Origin: a virus
Lineage: Duplodnaviria; Heunggongvirae; Uroviricota; Caudoviricetes
DNA: 35,993 nt
Virus record (IMG/VR): IMGVR_UViG_2585427748_000014
Span: 1 to 35,993 of that record
Direction: 5' to 3' (one strand)
Below are positions 17,300 through 26,109 of the stretch, piece after piece. A program made the position numbers and the translations under genes. Numbering within the stretch: position 1 is the first letter of the stretch; each line of letters starts with the position of its first letter. The notes beneath the pieces were generated by a model. It was not told the origin of the DNA. It worked only from the letters and a program-made list of their open reading frames with translations, and ran no database searches.

Positions 17300-17927
17300 T
17301 GTACCGCTGAGTCTGAAATCTGTCAGTGACTCCGGTGAGTTTGAAGGATATGGCTCCGTCTTTGGTGTAAAGGACAGCCACGATGATGTGGTGATGTCCG
17401 GGGCATTTGCTGCTTCCCTGCGGGCGTGGAGTGACAGAAAAGCGTTACCTGCGCTGCTCTGGCAGCACCGCATGGATGAGCCCATCGGTGTTTACACCGA
17501 AATGAAGGAAGACGATGTCGGGCTTTACGTCAGGGGGCGGTTGCTTATTGATGATGATCCCCTCGCAAAACGCGCACATGCACACATGAAGGCCGGTTCG
17601 TTAACCGGCCTTTCTATTGGGTACGTCCTGAAAGACTGGGAATACGACCGGAGCAAAGAAGCCTTTCTGCTGAAAGAAATCGACCTCTGGGAAGTCAGTC
17701 TGGTGACGTTCCCGTCTAACGACGAGGCGCGGATCAGCGACGTCAAGAACGCGCTGGCCCGCGGTGAAATCCCCGAACAGAAAAAAATCGAAAGAGTCCT
17801 GCGTGATGTCGGACTCTCCCGTACCCAGGCCAAAGCATTCATGGCCGGGGGCTATGGCGCACTGTCCCTGCGCGACGCTGAGGATGTGGGCTCTGCACTG
17901 AATGCACTGAAAAATCTGAACTTCTAA
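17277..17927 (+). CDS. Prohead protease (HK97 family)
   Basis: AAGGA Shine-Dalgarno; motifs GYGSVFG..DSHDD and LWEVSLVTFPSNDEAR. Confidence 0.9.
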   Translation: MQTKQRLDVPLSLKSVSDSGEFEGYGSVFGVKDSHDDVVMSGAFAASLRAWSDRKALPALLWQHRMDEPIGVYTEMKEDDVGLYVRGRLLIDDDPLAKRAHAHMKAGSLTGLSIGYVLKDWEYDRSKEAFLLKEIDLWEVSLVTFPSNDEARISDVKNALARGEIPEQKKIERVLRDVGLSRTQAKAFMAGGYGALSLRDAEDVGSALNALKNLNF

Positions 17928-17941
17928 TCAGGAGAAATACG

Positions 17942-19147
17942 ATGGCGGTTGATATTAAAGATGTGGAACAGGTCGCGCAGGAGCTGCAGCAGAAGTTTGA
18001 CGACTTCAAAGCAAAGAACGACAAGCGCGTGGATGCGATTGAGCAGGAAAAAGGCAAACTTGCCGGGCAGGTGGAAACCCTGAACGGGAAACTCAGCGAG
18101 CTGGAAAATCTCAAAAGCGACCTTGAAAAAGAGCTGCTTGAGCTGAAACGTCCGGCAGGTGGTGTGCAAAATAAACTGGCCACTGAGCATAAAGAGGCTT
18201 TTGTGGGCTTCCTGCGTAAAGGCCGTGAAGACGGTCTGCGCGATCTGGAGCGTAAGGCATTGCAGGTGGGCACCGATGAAGACGGTGGCTACGCCGTGCC
18301 GGAAGAACTGGATCGCAACATTCTCAACCTGCTGAAAGATGAAGTGGTGATGCGTCAGGAAGCCACGGTGATCACCGTTGGCGGTTCCGACTACAAAAAA
18401 CTGGTGAATCTGGGCGGCACGGCTTCCGGATGGGTGGGGGAAACGGATACGCGATCCCAGACTGCCACCTCCAGACTGGAGCTGATTGAACCTCTCATGG
18501 GGGAAATCTACGGCAACCCGCAGGCTACCCAGAAAATGCTGGACGATGCCTTCTTCAACGTGGAGGCCTGGATCAACAGCGAGCTGGCAACCGAATTTGC
18601 TGAACAGGAAGAAATTGCCTTTACCTCCGGCGATGGCATCAAGAAGCCGAAAGGGTTCCTGGCGTATGAATCCACGGATGAAACCGATAAGGTCCGGGCG
18701 TTCGGCAAACTTCAGCATATTGTATCCGGCGAAGCGACTGCGGTGACCGCAGACGCCATTATCAAACTGATTTACACGCTGCGTAAGGCACACCGCACTG
18801 GCGCGAAGTTCATGATGAACAACAACAGCCTGTTTGCCATCCGTCTGCTTAAAGACAGCGAGGGTAACTATCTGTGGCGTCCGGGGCTGGAACTGGGGCA
18901 GCCGTCCTCTCTGGCGGGTTACGGTATCGCTGAAAACGAACAGATGCCGGATATCGCCGCTGATGCGAAAGCCATTGCATTTGGTAACTTCAAACGGGGT
19001 TACACCATCGTTGACCGTATCGGCACCCGCATTCTGCGTGACCCGTACACCAATAAACCGTTTGTCGGTTTTTATACCACCAAGCGCACCGGCGGGATGC
19101 TGGTCGATTCGCAGGCCATCAAACTGCTGAAGATTGCAGCGGCGTAA
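17942..19147 (+). CDS. Major capsid protein (HK97 fold) with N-terminal coiled-coil delta domain
   Basis: AGGAG Shine-Dalgarno; 401 aa; N-terminal coiled-coil then a capsid domain. Confidence 0.9.
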   Translation: MAVDIKDVEQVAQELQQKFDDFKAKNDKRVDAIEQEKGKLAGQVETLNGKLSELENLKSDLEKELLELKRPAGGVQNKLATEHKEAFVGFLRKGREDGLRDLERKALQVGTDEDGGYAVPEELDRNILNLLKDEVVMRQEATVITVGGSDYKKLVNLGGTASGWVGETDTRSQTATSRLELIEPLMGEIYGNPQATQKMLDDAFFNVEAWINSELATEFAEQEEIAFTSGDGIKKPKGFLAYESTDETDKVRAFGKLQHIVSGEATAVTADAIIKLIYTLRKAHRTGAKFMMNNNSLFAIRLLKDSEGNYLWRPGLELGQPSSLAGYGIAENEQMPDIAADAKAIAFGNFKRGYTIVDRIGTRILRDPYTNKPFVGFYTTKRTGGMLVDSQAIKLLKIAAA

Positions 19148-19151
19148 TCAC

Positions 19152-19175
19152 TCAGGGGCGCGGAACCGCGCCCCC
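19152..19175 (+). terminator. GC-rich hairpin downstream of the capsid gene (GGGGCGCG-GAAC-CGCGCCCC); weak U-tract
   Basis: Perfect 8-bp stem immediately after the capsid stop. Confidence 0.4.
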
Positions 19176-19196
19176 TGTTCTGACGGGTGAAGAATC

Positions 19197-19397
19197 ATGA
19201 TCCTGAAACAAGATCTGAAATGGTCACCGGACGGTATGCGTGTTGAGGTCATTCTGGCCGGTGAGTATGACGACGGGGCGCTTCCTGCCCGTGTGCAGGA
19301 GATTGCACTTCAGGCCGGGTTAGCAGAGCGCGGAATCAGTGCAAAAAGCAGTAAAGCGGCAAAAGAGAAAAAAGCCACGACCAGTAAAGAGGGCTGA
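19197..19397 (+). CDS. Small hypothetical head-module protein
   Basis: 66-aa ORF in the head-to-tail joining region. Confidence 0.4.
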   Translation: MILKQDLKWSPDGMRVEVILAGEYDDGALPARVQEIALQAGLAERGISAKSSKAAKEKKATTSKEG

Positions 19398-19399
19398 GC

Positions 19400-19723
19400 A
19401 TGCTTCTGACAATGGAAGAGATTAAAGCCCAACTCCGGCTGGATGAGGATTTCGATACTGATGACCGCCATCTGCAACTGCTGGCCTGTGCGGCACAAAA
19501 GCGGACGGAAACGTATCTGAACCGGACGCTCTATGCACCGGATGAAACCATTCCGGACAGCGATCCGGACGGGCTGCACCTGCCGGATGATATTCGTCTG
19601 GGGATGCTGATGCTTATCAGCCATTTTTACGAAAATCGCTCGTCGGTTACAGACGTTGAGAAAATGGAGTTGCCAATGAGCTTTAACTGGCTTGTCGGCC
19701 CGTACAGGTATTTCCCGCAATGA
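19400..19723 (+). CDS. Head-tail connector protein (gp6-like)
   Basis: AAGAGGG Shine-Dalgarno; N-terminus MLLTMEEIKAQLRLDEDFD typical of the family. Confidence 0.7.
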   Translation: MLLTMEEIKAQLRLDEDFDTDDRHLQLLACAAQKRTETYLNRTLYAPDETIPDSDPDGLHLPDDIRLGMLMLISHFYENRSSVTDVEKMELPMSFNWLVGPYRYFPQ

Positions 19724-20130
19724 AAATTCGTCAGGCGCAGACCAGCGCAACCTACATTCTGCCGGACCCCGGTGAACTGAATAAACGCGTCCTGATCCGC
19801 CAGCGGGTGGATATGCCCGCGGATAACTTTGGCGTGGAGCCTCAATACCCGGTTGCGTTCCGGACATGGGCGAAGGTTGTCCAGACCAGTGCCACCACTT
19901 GGCAGGAAACCGCGCAGACCGGGGACGCCATCACCCATTACATCACCATTCGTTACCGCCGGGGGATCACCGCTGATTATGAGGTGGTCTGCGGTGACAG
20001 TGTGTACCGGGTGAAACGTCAGCGCGATCTGAACGGGGCGCGGCGCTTTCTGCTGCTGGAGTGTACGGAGCTGGGCGAATGTAGGCAGAGTCACGGAGGC
20101 AACAATGACGACTTCCTTTTTGCACGTTGA
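19720..20130 (+). CDS. Head closure / head-tail adaptor protein
   Basis: ATGA overlap with the upstream gene; size and position. Confidence 0.6.
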   Translation: MKIRQAQTSATYILPDPGELNKRVLIRQRVDMPADNFGVEPQYPVAFRTWAKVVQTSATTWQETAQTGDAITHYITIRYRRGITADYEVVCGDSVYRVKRQRDLNGARRFLLLECTELGECRQSHGGNNDDFLFAR

Positions 20131-20611
20131 TTTTCAGCAGCCCGCGGAGATGCGCTTTAACCGCGCCCGTGTCCGGCGGGCGTTTGTCACGATTGGTCAG
20201 CGTCATATGCGTGATGCCCGTCGGCTGGTGATGCGCCGTGCGCGGTCGGCACCGGGTGAAAACCCCGGTTATCAGACCGGACGCCTGGCACGTTCGATTG
20301 GTTACATGGTACCCAGAGCCAGTAAACATCGCCCTGGTTTTATGGCACGTATAGCCCCTAACCAGCGTAATGGAGAGGGAAACCGCCGTATCACCGGTGA
20401 TTTTTATCCGGCTTTTTTGTTCTATGGCGTGAGGCGAGGGGCAAAGCGTCGTCGCAGCCATCATCGTGGTGCATCCGGTGGCAGCGGCTGGCGACTGGCT
20501 CCACGTAATAACTTCATGGTGGAAACGCTTGAAAAGAACCGCAGCTGGACACGCTATTTTCTGGCGCGGGAATTGCGTAAATCACTGAAGCCGGAGCGAC
20601 GACGCAGATGA
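20105..20611 (+). CDS. HK97 gp10-family tail-completion protein
   Basis: GGAGG Shine-Dalgarno; basic protein at the conserved position. Confidence 0.6.
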   Translation: MTTSFLHVDFQQPAEMRFNRARVRRAFVTIGQRHMRDARRLVMRRARSAPGENPGYQTGRLARSIGYMVPRASKHRPGFMARIAPNQRNGEGNRRITGDFYPAFLFYGVRRGAKRRRSHHRGASGGSGWRLAPRNNFMVETLEKNRSWTRYFLARELRKSLKPERRRR

Positions 20612-21168
20612 AACTGACGCCTGTTATTGCTGCGCTGCGTGCCCGCTGCCCGTATTTTGAAAACCGGGTGGCAGGCGCGGCACAGTTCAAAAATCTGCCG
20701 GAGGTCGGAAAGTTGAGACTCCCGGCGGCGTATGTGGTACCGGGTGATGACTCTCCGGGAGAAAACAAAAGCCAGACCGACTACTGGCAGGAGCTGAAAG
20801 AGGGCTTCTCCGTGGTTGTCATACTGAGTAACGGGCGTGATGAGCGCGGTCAGTTTGCCTCGTATGATGTGGTGGACGATGTCCGGCAGATGCTCTTTAA
20901 GGCCCTGCTGGGCTGGAACCCGGAAGCGTGCGGTAACCCGATTACCTATGACGGCGGCACGCTGCTGGATCTGAATCGTCATGAGCTGATTTATCAGTTC
21001 GATTTTTCGGTCATCAGCGAGCTGACCGAAGACGATACCCGCCAGCAGGATGAGCTGAACAATCTGGATGAACTGCGAACGCTGGCGATTGATGTTGATT
21101 ATCTCGATCCCGGTAACGGGCCTGACGGCGATATCGAACATCACACCGAAATAACCCTTCCTTCCTGA
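20608..21168 (+). CDS. Tail terminator / neck protein (Mu gp37-like)
   Basis: ATGA overlap; precedes the sheath gene. Confidence 0.5.
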   Translation: MKLTPVIAALRARCPYFENRVAGAAQFKNLPEVGKLRLPAAYVVPGDDSPGENKSQTDYWQELKEGFSVVVILSNGRDERGQFASYDVVDDVRQMLFKALLGWNPEACGNPITYDGGTLLDLNRHELIYQFDFSVISELTEDDTRQQDELNNLDELRTLAIDVDYLDPGNGPDGDIEHHTEITLPS

Positions 21169-21176
21169 GAATCTTC

Positions 21177-21347
21177 ATGTTTGTGAAACCTGTTAAAGGG
21201 CGGTCAGTGCCTGACCCTGCCCGCGGTGACCTTTTGCCCGCCGAAGGGCGAAATGTTGACGAGAACAACTACTGGCTGCGCCGTGAAGCAGCGGGTGATA
21301 TCCGGCGCGTGAATAAAAAGGTGAACACCGATGACGATAAGCTTTAA
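21177..21347 (+). CDS. Small conserved protein upstream of the sheath gene (DUF2635-like, 56 aa)
   Basis: ORF MFVKPVKGRSVPDPARGDLLPAEG... (below the ORF-track length cutoff); overlaps the sheath start. Confidence 0.45.
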   Translation: MFVKPVKGRSVPDPARGDLLPAEGRNVDENNYWLRREAAGDIRRVNKKVNTDDDKL

Positions 21348-22827
21348 CACCATTCCGTCGAATACGCTGGTTCCGCTGTTTTATGCGGAAATGGATAACT
21401 CGGCGGCGAATACTGCACAGGACAGCGGGGCATCGTTGCTGATTGGTCACGCCAATAACGGTGCAGAGATTGTTGCCAACAGTCTGGTGCTGATGCCGTC
21501 GGCAGACTATGCACGCCAGATTTGTGGTGCGGGAAGTCAGCTGGCGCGTATGGTCGAGGCTTATCGCCAGACCGACCCGTTTGGCGAGCTGTATGTGATT
21601 GCCGTTCCGGAAGCCACAGGCGCGGCGGCAACGGTTACGCTGACGGTGACCGGAGCAGCAACCGAAACCGGCACGGTGAATGTGTATGTGGGACGTACCC
21701 GCGTGCAGGCACCGGTGACCAACGGCGATAACGTCACGACGATTGCCAGCAGTATCAAAGATGCCATCAATGCCGTTCCGGCCCTGCCGTTTACGGCCTC
21801 ATCTTCGGCAGGCGTGGTCACACTGACCGCGCGTCATAAGGGGCTTTGCGGGAATGAAATTCCTGTCAGCCTCAATTACTACGGCTTTGGTGGGGGCGAA
21901 GTGCTGCCAGCGGGTGTACAGATTGCCGTGGCGACGGGGACCGCCGGAACGGGCGCTCCGGTTCTCACCGGTGCGGTGGCTGCAATGGCGGATGAGCCGT
22001 TTGATTATATCGGTCTGCCGTTCAACGACACGGCCTCCGTTAACACGCTGGTGACCGAGATGAACGATACCAGCGGTCGCTGGAGCTATGCGCGTCAGCT
22101 GTATGGTCATGTGTATACGGCAAAGATCGGCACGCTGTCAGAACTGGTGACCGCAGGTGACCAGTTTAACCAGCAGCACATCACCCTGGCGGGGTACGAA
22201 AAAGAGACCCAGACGCCTGCCGACGAGCTGGCGGCAAGCCGTACCGCCCGCGCAGCGGTGTTTATCCGCAACGATCCGGCACGTCCCACGCAGACCGGTG
22301 AGCTGGTGGGTATGCTGCCTGCGCCGAAGGGGAAACGGTTCACGATGACCGAGCAGCAGACCCTGCTGTCTCATGGCGTGGCAACGGCGTATGTCGAAAG
22401 CGGGGTGCTGCGCATTCAGCGTGATGTCACCACGTACAGGAAAAATGCTTACGGGGTTGCGGATAACAGCTACCTCGACAGCGAGACGCTGCATACCAGT
22501 GCGTATGTACTGCGCAAACTGAAATCCGTCATTACCAGTAAGTACGGGCGTCACAAGCTTGCCTGTGACGGTACCCGCTTTGGTCCCGGTCAGGCGATTG
22601 TCACCCCGGCGGTGATCAAAGGGGAACTGCTGGCAACCTACCGTCAGCTCGAGCGTGCGGGGATCGTGGAAAACTACGAACTGTTCAAGCAGTACCTGGT
22701 TGTGGAGCGTGATGCCAGCGATCCGAACCGCCTGAACACGCTGTTCCCGCCTGACTATGTTAACCAGTTGCGTGTCTTTGCCGTGGTTAACCAGTTCCGT
22801 CTTCAGTATTCAGAGGAGTCTGCATAA
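21331..22827 (+). CDS. Tail sheath protein (Mu gpL-like)
   Basis: 498 aa; followed by the tube gene with TAATG overlap. Confidence 0.85.
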   Translation: MTISFNTIPSNTLVPLFYAEMDNSAANTAQDSGASLLIGHANNGAEIVANSLVLMPSADYARQICGAGSQLARMVEAYRQTDPFGELYVIAVPEATGAAATVTLTVTGAATETGTVNVYVGRTRVQAPVTNGDNVTTIASSIKDAINAVPALPFTASSSAGVVTLTARHKGLCGNEIPVSLNYYGFGGGEVLPAGVQIAVATGTAGTGAPVLTGAVAAMADEPFDYIGLPFNDTASVNTLVTEMNDTSGRWSYARQLYGHVYTAKIGTLSELVTAGDQFNQQHITLAGYEKETQTPADELAASRTARAAVFIRNDPARPTQTGELVGMLPAPKGKRFTMTEQQTLLSHGVATAYVESGVLRIQRDVTTYRKNAYGVADNSYLDSETLHTSAYVLRKLKSVITSKYGRHKLACDGTRFGPGQAIVTPAVIKGELLATYRQLERAGIVENYELFKQYLVVERDASDPNRLNTLFPPDYVNQLRVFAVVNQFRLQYSEESA

Positions 22828-23183
22828 TGGCCCGTATCGGGGGAACCTGTTATTTCAAAATTGACGGTCAGCAGCTATCGCTGACCGGCGGCATTGAGGT
22901 GCCCATGAACAGGACGGTCAATGATGACATCATCGGCCTGGACGGTTCAGTGGACCGCAAGGAAACTCACCGTGCGCCTTATGTCAAAGGGACCTTCAAG
23001 GTGCCGAAGAATTTTCCGGTGAGCAAAATCACCTCGTCTGATGAGATGACCATCACTGCCGAGCTGGCGAACGGTCAGGTCTATGTACTGTCGTCTGCCT
23101 GGCTGCACGGCGAAGCGAACCATAATGCCGAAGAAGGCACGGTCGATCTTGAGTTCCACGGTGAAGAAGGGGATTACCAGTAA
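22827..23183 (+). CDS. Tail tube protein (Mu gpM-like)
   Basis: GAGGAG Shine-Dalgarno; 118 aa. Confidence 0.8.
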   Translation: MARIGGTCYFKIDGQQLSLTGGIEVPMNRTVNDDIIGLDGSVDRKETHRAPYVKGTFKVPKNFPVSKITSSDEMTITAELANGQVYVLSSAWLHGEANHNAEEGTVDLEFHGEEGDYQ

Positions 23184-23452
23184 TGAAAGAGCTTGAGTTA
23201 AAGAAACCGATTACCGCTCATGGCGAGACACTCTCCGTACTGGAGTTTGATGAGCCCACCGGGAAAGATGTCCGCGAGCTGGGGTATCCCTACCAGATGA
23301 ATCAGGATGAGTCCGTCAGACTTCTGGCGCATGTGGTATCGAAATATATTGTGCGGCTGGCGAAAGTGCCGCAAAGCTCTGTCGACCAGATGTCTCCGGC
23401 AGACCTGAATGCAGCGGCGTGGCTTGTGGCTGGGTTTTTCCTCCAGGCCTGA
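23183..23452 (+). CDS. Tail assembly chaperone (upstream frame)
   Basis: Small ORF between the tube and tape-measure genes. Confidence 0.6.
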   Translation: MKELELKKPITAHGETLSVLEFDEPTGKDVRELGYPYQMNQDESVRLLAHVVSKYIVRLAKVPQSSVDQMSPADLNAAAWLVAGFFLQA

Positions 23453-23601
23453 CGGCTGAATACCTTACTGATCGCTTCTTTGATTGCGCCAGCTACTGGC
23501 GCATTAATCCCTTCGAATTGCTGAATATGCCGATCAGTGAAATTCCCTTGCTGGTCAGTCAGGCAAACAGGATAGAGCAGGAGAAACGCACACATGGCTG
23601 A
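23419..23601 (+). CDS. Tail assembly chaperone -1 frameshift extension (probably expressed as a fusion with 23183..23452)
   Basis: Overlapping ORF in the -1 frame running into the tape-measure start; T-run GGGTTTTTC at 23432-23440. Confidence 0.45.
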   Translation: MACGWVFPPGLTAEYLTDRFFDCASYWRINPFELLNMPISEIPLLVSQANRIEQEKRTHG

Positions 23602-25426
23602 ATTTGAGCTTAAGGCGTTGATCACCGGTGTCGACAGGCTTTCTCCCGCGCTGTCGAAAATGCAAAAGAAAATCCGGGGATTTAAACGCCAGGCGGAAGA
23701 AGCGTCACAGGGTGGGCTGGCGCTTGGTGGCGGACTGGCAGCGGGTCTGACGCTTTCCCTGAAATCTTATGCCGATCAGGAAAACGCCGCCACCGGGCTG
23801 AAAGTCGCCATGATGGATGCGAATGGCGAGGTTGGAAAGAGCTTTCAGGACATCAATAAACTGGCTATTGGCCTGGGTAACCAGCTACCCGGTACAACGG
23901 CTGATTTCCAGAACATGATGCAGATGCTGGTGCGTCAGGGGATCCCGGCAGAAAACATTCTTGGCGGTGTGGGTAAAGCGACAGCTTATCTTGCGGTACA
24001 ACTGAAAAAAACACCGGAAGCGGCTGCTGAGTTTGCTGCAAAGATGCAGGATGCTACCGGAACGGCGTCAGAAGACATGATGGGGCTGTTCGACACTATC
24101 CAGAAGGCGTTTTATCTGGGCGTTGACGATACCAACATGTTGTCCTTCTTCACTAAAACCAGTTCTGTTCTGAAGATGGTGAACAAGGACGGTCTTCAGG
24201 CTGCACAGAGCCTTGCCCCCATCAGCGTCATGATGGATCAGATGGGGATGAACGGGGAGTCGGCAGGTAATGCCCTGCGAAAAGTTATCCAGTCCGGATT
24301 AAGCGTTAAGAAAATCAGGGACGTCAATAAAATCATGGCCCGCCAGAAACTCGGGGTACAGCTCGATTTTACTGACGGCAAAGGAAGTTTTGGCGGTCTT
24401 GATAACATGTTCAGGCAACTGGCAAAGCTGCGAAAACTGACCGACGTTAAGCGAACAGGTGTACTTAAGGCAATATTTGGTGATGATGCCGAAACCCTTC
24501 AGGTGGTCAATGCACTAATCGATAAAGGAAAGGATGGCTACGATCAGATCCAGCAGAAGATGAATAAACAGGCCAGCCTGAATAAACGTGTTCAGGCCCA
24601 GCTTGGTACGCTGTCCAACCTGTGGGAGGCAATGACGGGGACCGCAACTAACGGCCTTGCGGCTATTGGCGGCGCATTTTCTGGTGACGCCAAAAATATC
24701 ACGCAATGGCTGGGGGAGTTGGGGGAGAAATTCACGAAGTTTGCGGATGAAAATCCCCGGGTTATTCGCGGCGTCGTCGGGCTTGCTGCCGGTCTTGCGA
24801 TTCTGAAACTGGGATTGATGGGCGTGGGCAGTGCCATCAGTATCGTCAGCAGGATCATGTCGATGACGCCGATTGGCATGATTGCGACGGCGATTGCCCT
24901 GGCTGCGGGATTAATTATCACTAACTGGGATGTTGTCGGACCTTATTTTAAGAAACTCTGGGAAACCATTAGTCCTTATTTTGAGGCTGGCTGGGAACTT
25001 CTGAAGAAGGTTTTTGCCTGGTCGCCGCTGGGGATGGTGATCAATAACTGGGGACCGGTTGTTAAGTGGTTTCAGGATATGTGGGATAAGCTGAAGCCGA
25101 TTATTGAATGGTTTACCGACAGTTCCGGTGACACGGTCGATGCCATTAACTCGGCGCAGTGGGGCGCGGGTGCTTATGATGCTTATGGGACGGGAATACC
25201 GGCACGGGGATACACGCCTTATCCGGCGGTGGATCCGGCTCAGGCAAACAACGCCTCCGATGCCACAGGCTCGAATCCCTTCATGATTAATAAAGCTACC
25301 GCGCCAAAAGTTGATGGTGAGATCAAGGTATCATTTATAAATATGCCACCAGATATGCGGGTTACGGAAACACGCTCCAGTGGCATTGATATAAATCACG
25401 ATGTTGGCTATACCCGATTTTGGTAG
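23594..25426 (+). CDS. Tail tape measure protein
   Basis: 610 aa; Ala/Gly/Gln-rich helical repeats and a central hydrophobic segment. Confidence 0.85.
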   Translation: MAEFELKALITGVDRLSPALSKMQKKIRGFKRQAEEASQGGLALGGGLAAGLTLSLKSYADQENAATGLKVAMMDANGEVGKSFQDINKLAIGLGNQLPGTTADFQNMMQMLVRQGIPAENILGGVGKATAYLAVQLKKTPEAAAEFAAKMQDATGTASEDMMGLFDTIQKAFYLGVDDTNMLSFFTKTSSVLKMVNKDGLQAAQSLAPISVMMDQMGMNGESAGNALRKVIQSGLSVKKIRDVNKIMARQKLGVQLDFTDGKGSFGGLDNMFRQLAKLRKLTDVKRTGVLKAIFGDDAETLQVVNALIDKGKDGYDQIQQKMNKQASLNKRVQAQLGTLSNLWEAMTGTATNGLAAIGGAFSGDAKNITQWLGELGEKFTKFADENPRVIRGVVGLAAGLAILKLGLMGVGSAISIVSRIMSMTPIGMIATAIALAAGLIITNWDVVGPYFKKLWETISPYFEAGWELLKKVFAWSPLGMVINNWGPVVKWFQDMWDKLKPIIEWFTDSSGDTVDAINSAQWGAGAYDAYGTGIPARGYTPYPAVDPAQANNASDATGSNPFMINKATAPKVDGEIKVSFINMPPDMRVTETRSSGIDINHDVGYTRFW

Positions 25427-25454
25427 CCAGGATTCCCCTCACAGGTATTGCTGG

Positions 25455-25482
25455 TTGTAAGTCATAAATAGAGTGATAGAAT
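25455..25482 (+). promoter_or_regulatory. Candidate sigma70 promoter for the tail-module moron (-35 TTGTAA, 16-bp spacer, -10 TAGAAT)
   Basis: Hexamers read from the sequence upstream of the gene at 25518. Confidence 0.4.
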
Positions 25483-25517
25483 TAATGCACATTTAGAAAA
25501 ATGTTAATAGGCGAAAA

Positions 25518-26048
25518 ATGAAAGGCTATATCACAGCAAGTGTAATTCTTGGAGCAGCGGCTATTTTTTCATCTCTCATAATCTCTGGCAACATCTCCTT
25601 TAAAGATGAACATATTATTCAGTTATCTGGAGGAGCCATAAAACTTGGTGATGTTTATAAAGAAAATAAATTGATAAGTGCAAAGATTATTTTTCCAGAT
25701 AATCAGGGTGAACAGATTCTTGTTGTCGACGGCAATCCTGAAAACTTTAAGGAGGATTTTCAGGAGAAATTAAATAAAGTAATAAAAACTTTAAATGCGT
25801 CAAAGAAAAAAGATGAAGAGAAAGTTAGCCTGGATAATTTAAGTGTTATTGAAGAGTCTAAACTAGAGCTCGTTTCTGCGGTGCGTTACTCTGCTCAGTA
25901 TGTTCCTATGTTTACTCTGACGCTGGACAAAAAAGAAATTACCATGCCTAAAAATACGGTAATATTTCCATTTGCCAGCGATGAAACAGCTAAGTATTTA
26001 AATGAACAACAGCAAAAGTATAAAGATTCGTTGTTTCTGACTCGCTAA
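25518..26048 (+). CDS. Hypothetical signal-anchored or secreted protein (176 aa), A+T-rich moron inside the tail module
   Basis: N-terminal hydrophobic signal/anchor; Lys/Glu-rich body; A+T-rich; own promoter-like element and terminator. Confidence 0.55.
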   Translation: MKGYITASVILGAAAIFSSLIISGNISFKDEHIIQLSGGAIKLGDVYKENKLISAKIIFPDNQGEQILVVDGNPENFKEDFQEKLNKVIKTLNASKKKDEEKVSLDNLSVIEESKLELVSAVRYSAQYVPMFTLTLDKKEITMPKNTVIFPFASDETAKYLNEQQQKYKDSLFLTR

Positions 26049-26066
26049 TTAATAAAATTCATTACA

Positions 26067-26100
26067 AGGCCACCTTCTAATAGGTGGCTTTTTTATTTTC
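26067..26100 (+). terminator. Rho-independent terminator (AGGCCACC...GGTGGCTT plus T-run)
   Basis: Stem-loop followed by TTTTTTATTTT. Confidence 0.65.
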
Positions 26101-26109
26101 GGAGTGTAT

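Noticed and set aside
17924-18793. 289-aa minus-strand ORF antisense to the major capsid gene
   Set aside because: It lies wholly inside a well-supported + strand structural gene, has no ribosome-binding site, and its translation looks like a GC-rich antisense artefact.
20554-21144. 196-aa minus-strand ORF antisense to the tail-terminator region
   Set aside because: Embedded in the co-directional structural operon; no ribosome-binding site; low-complexity translation.
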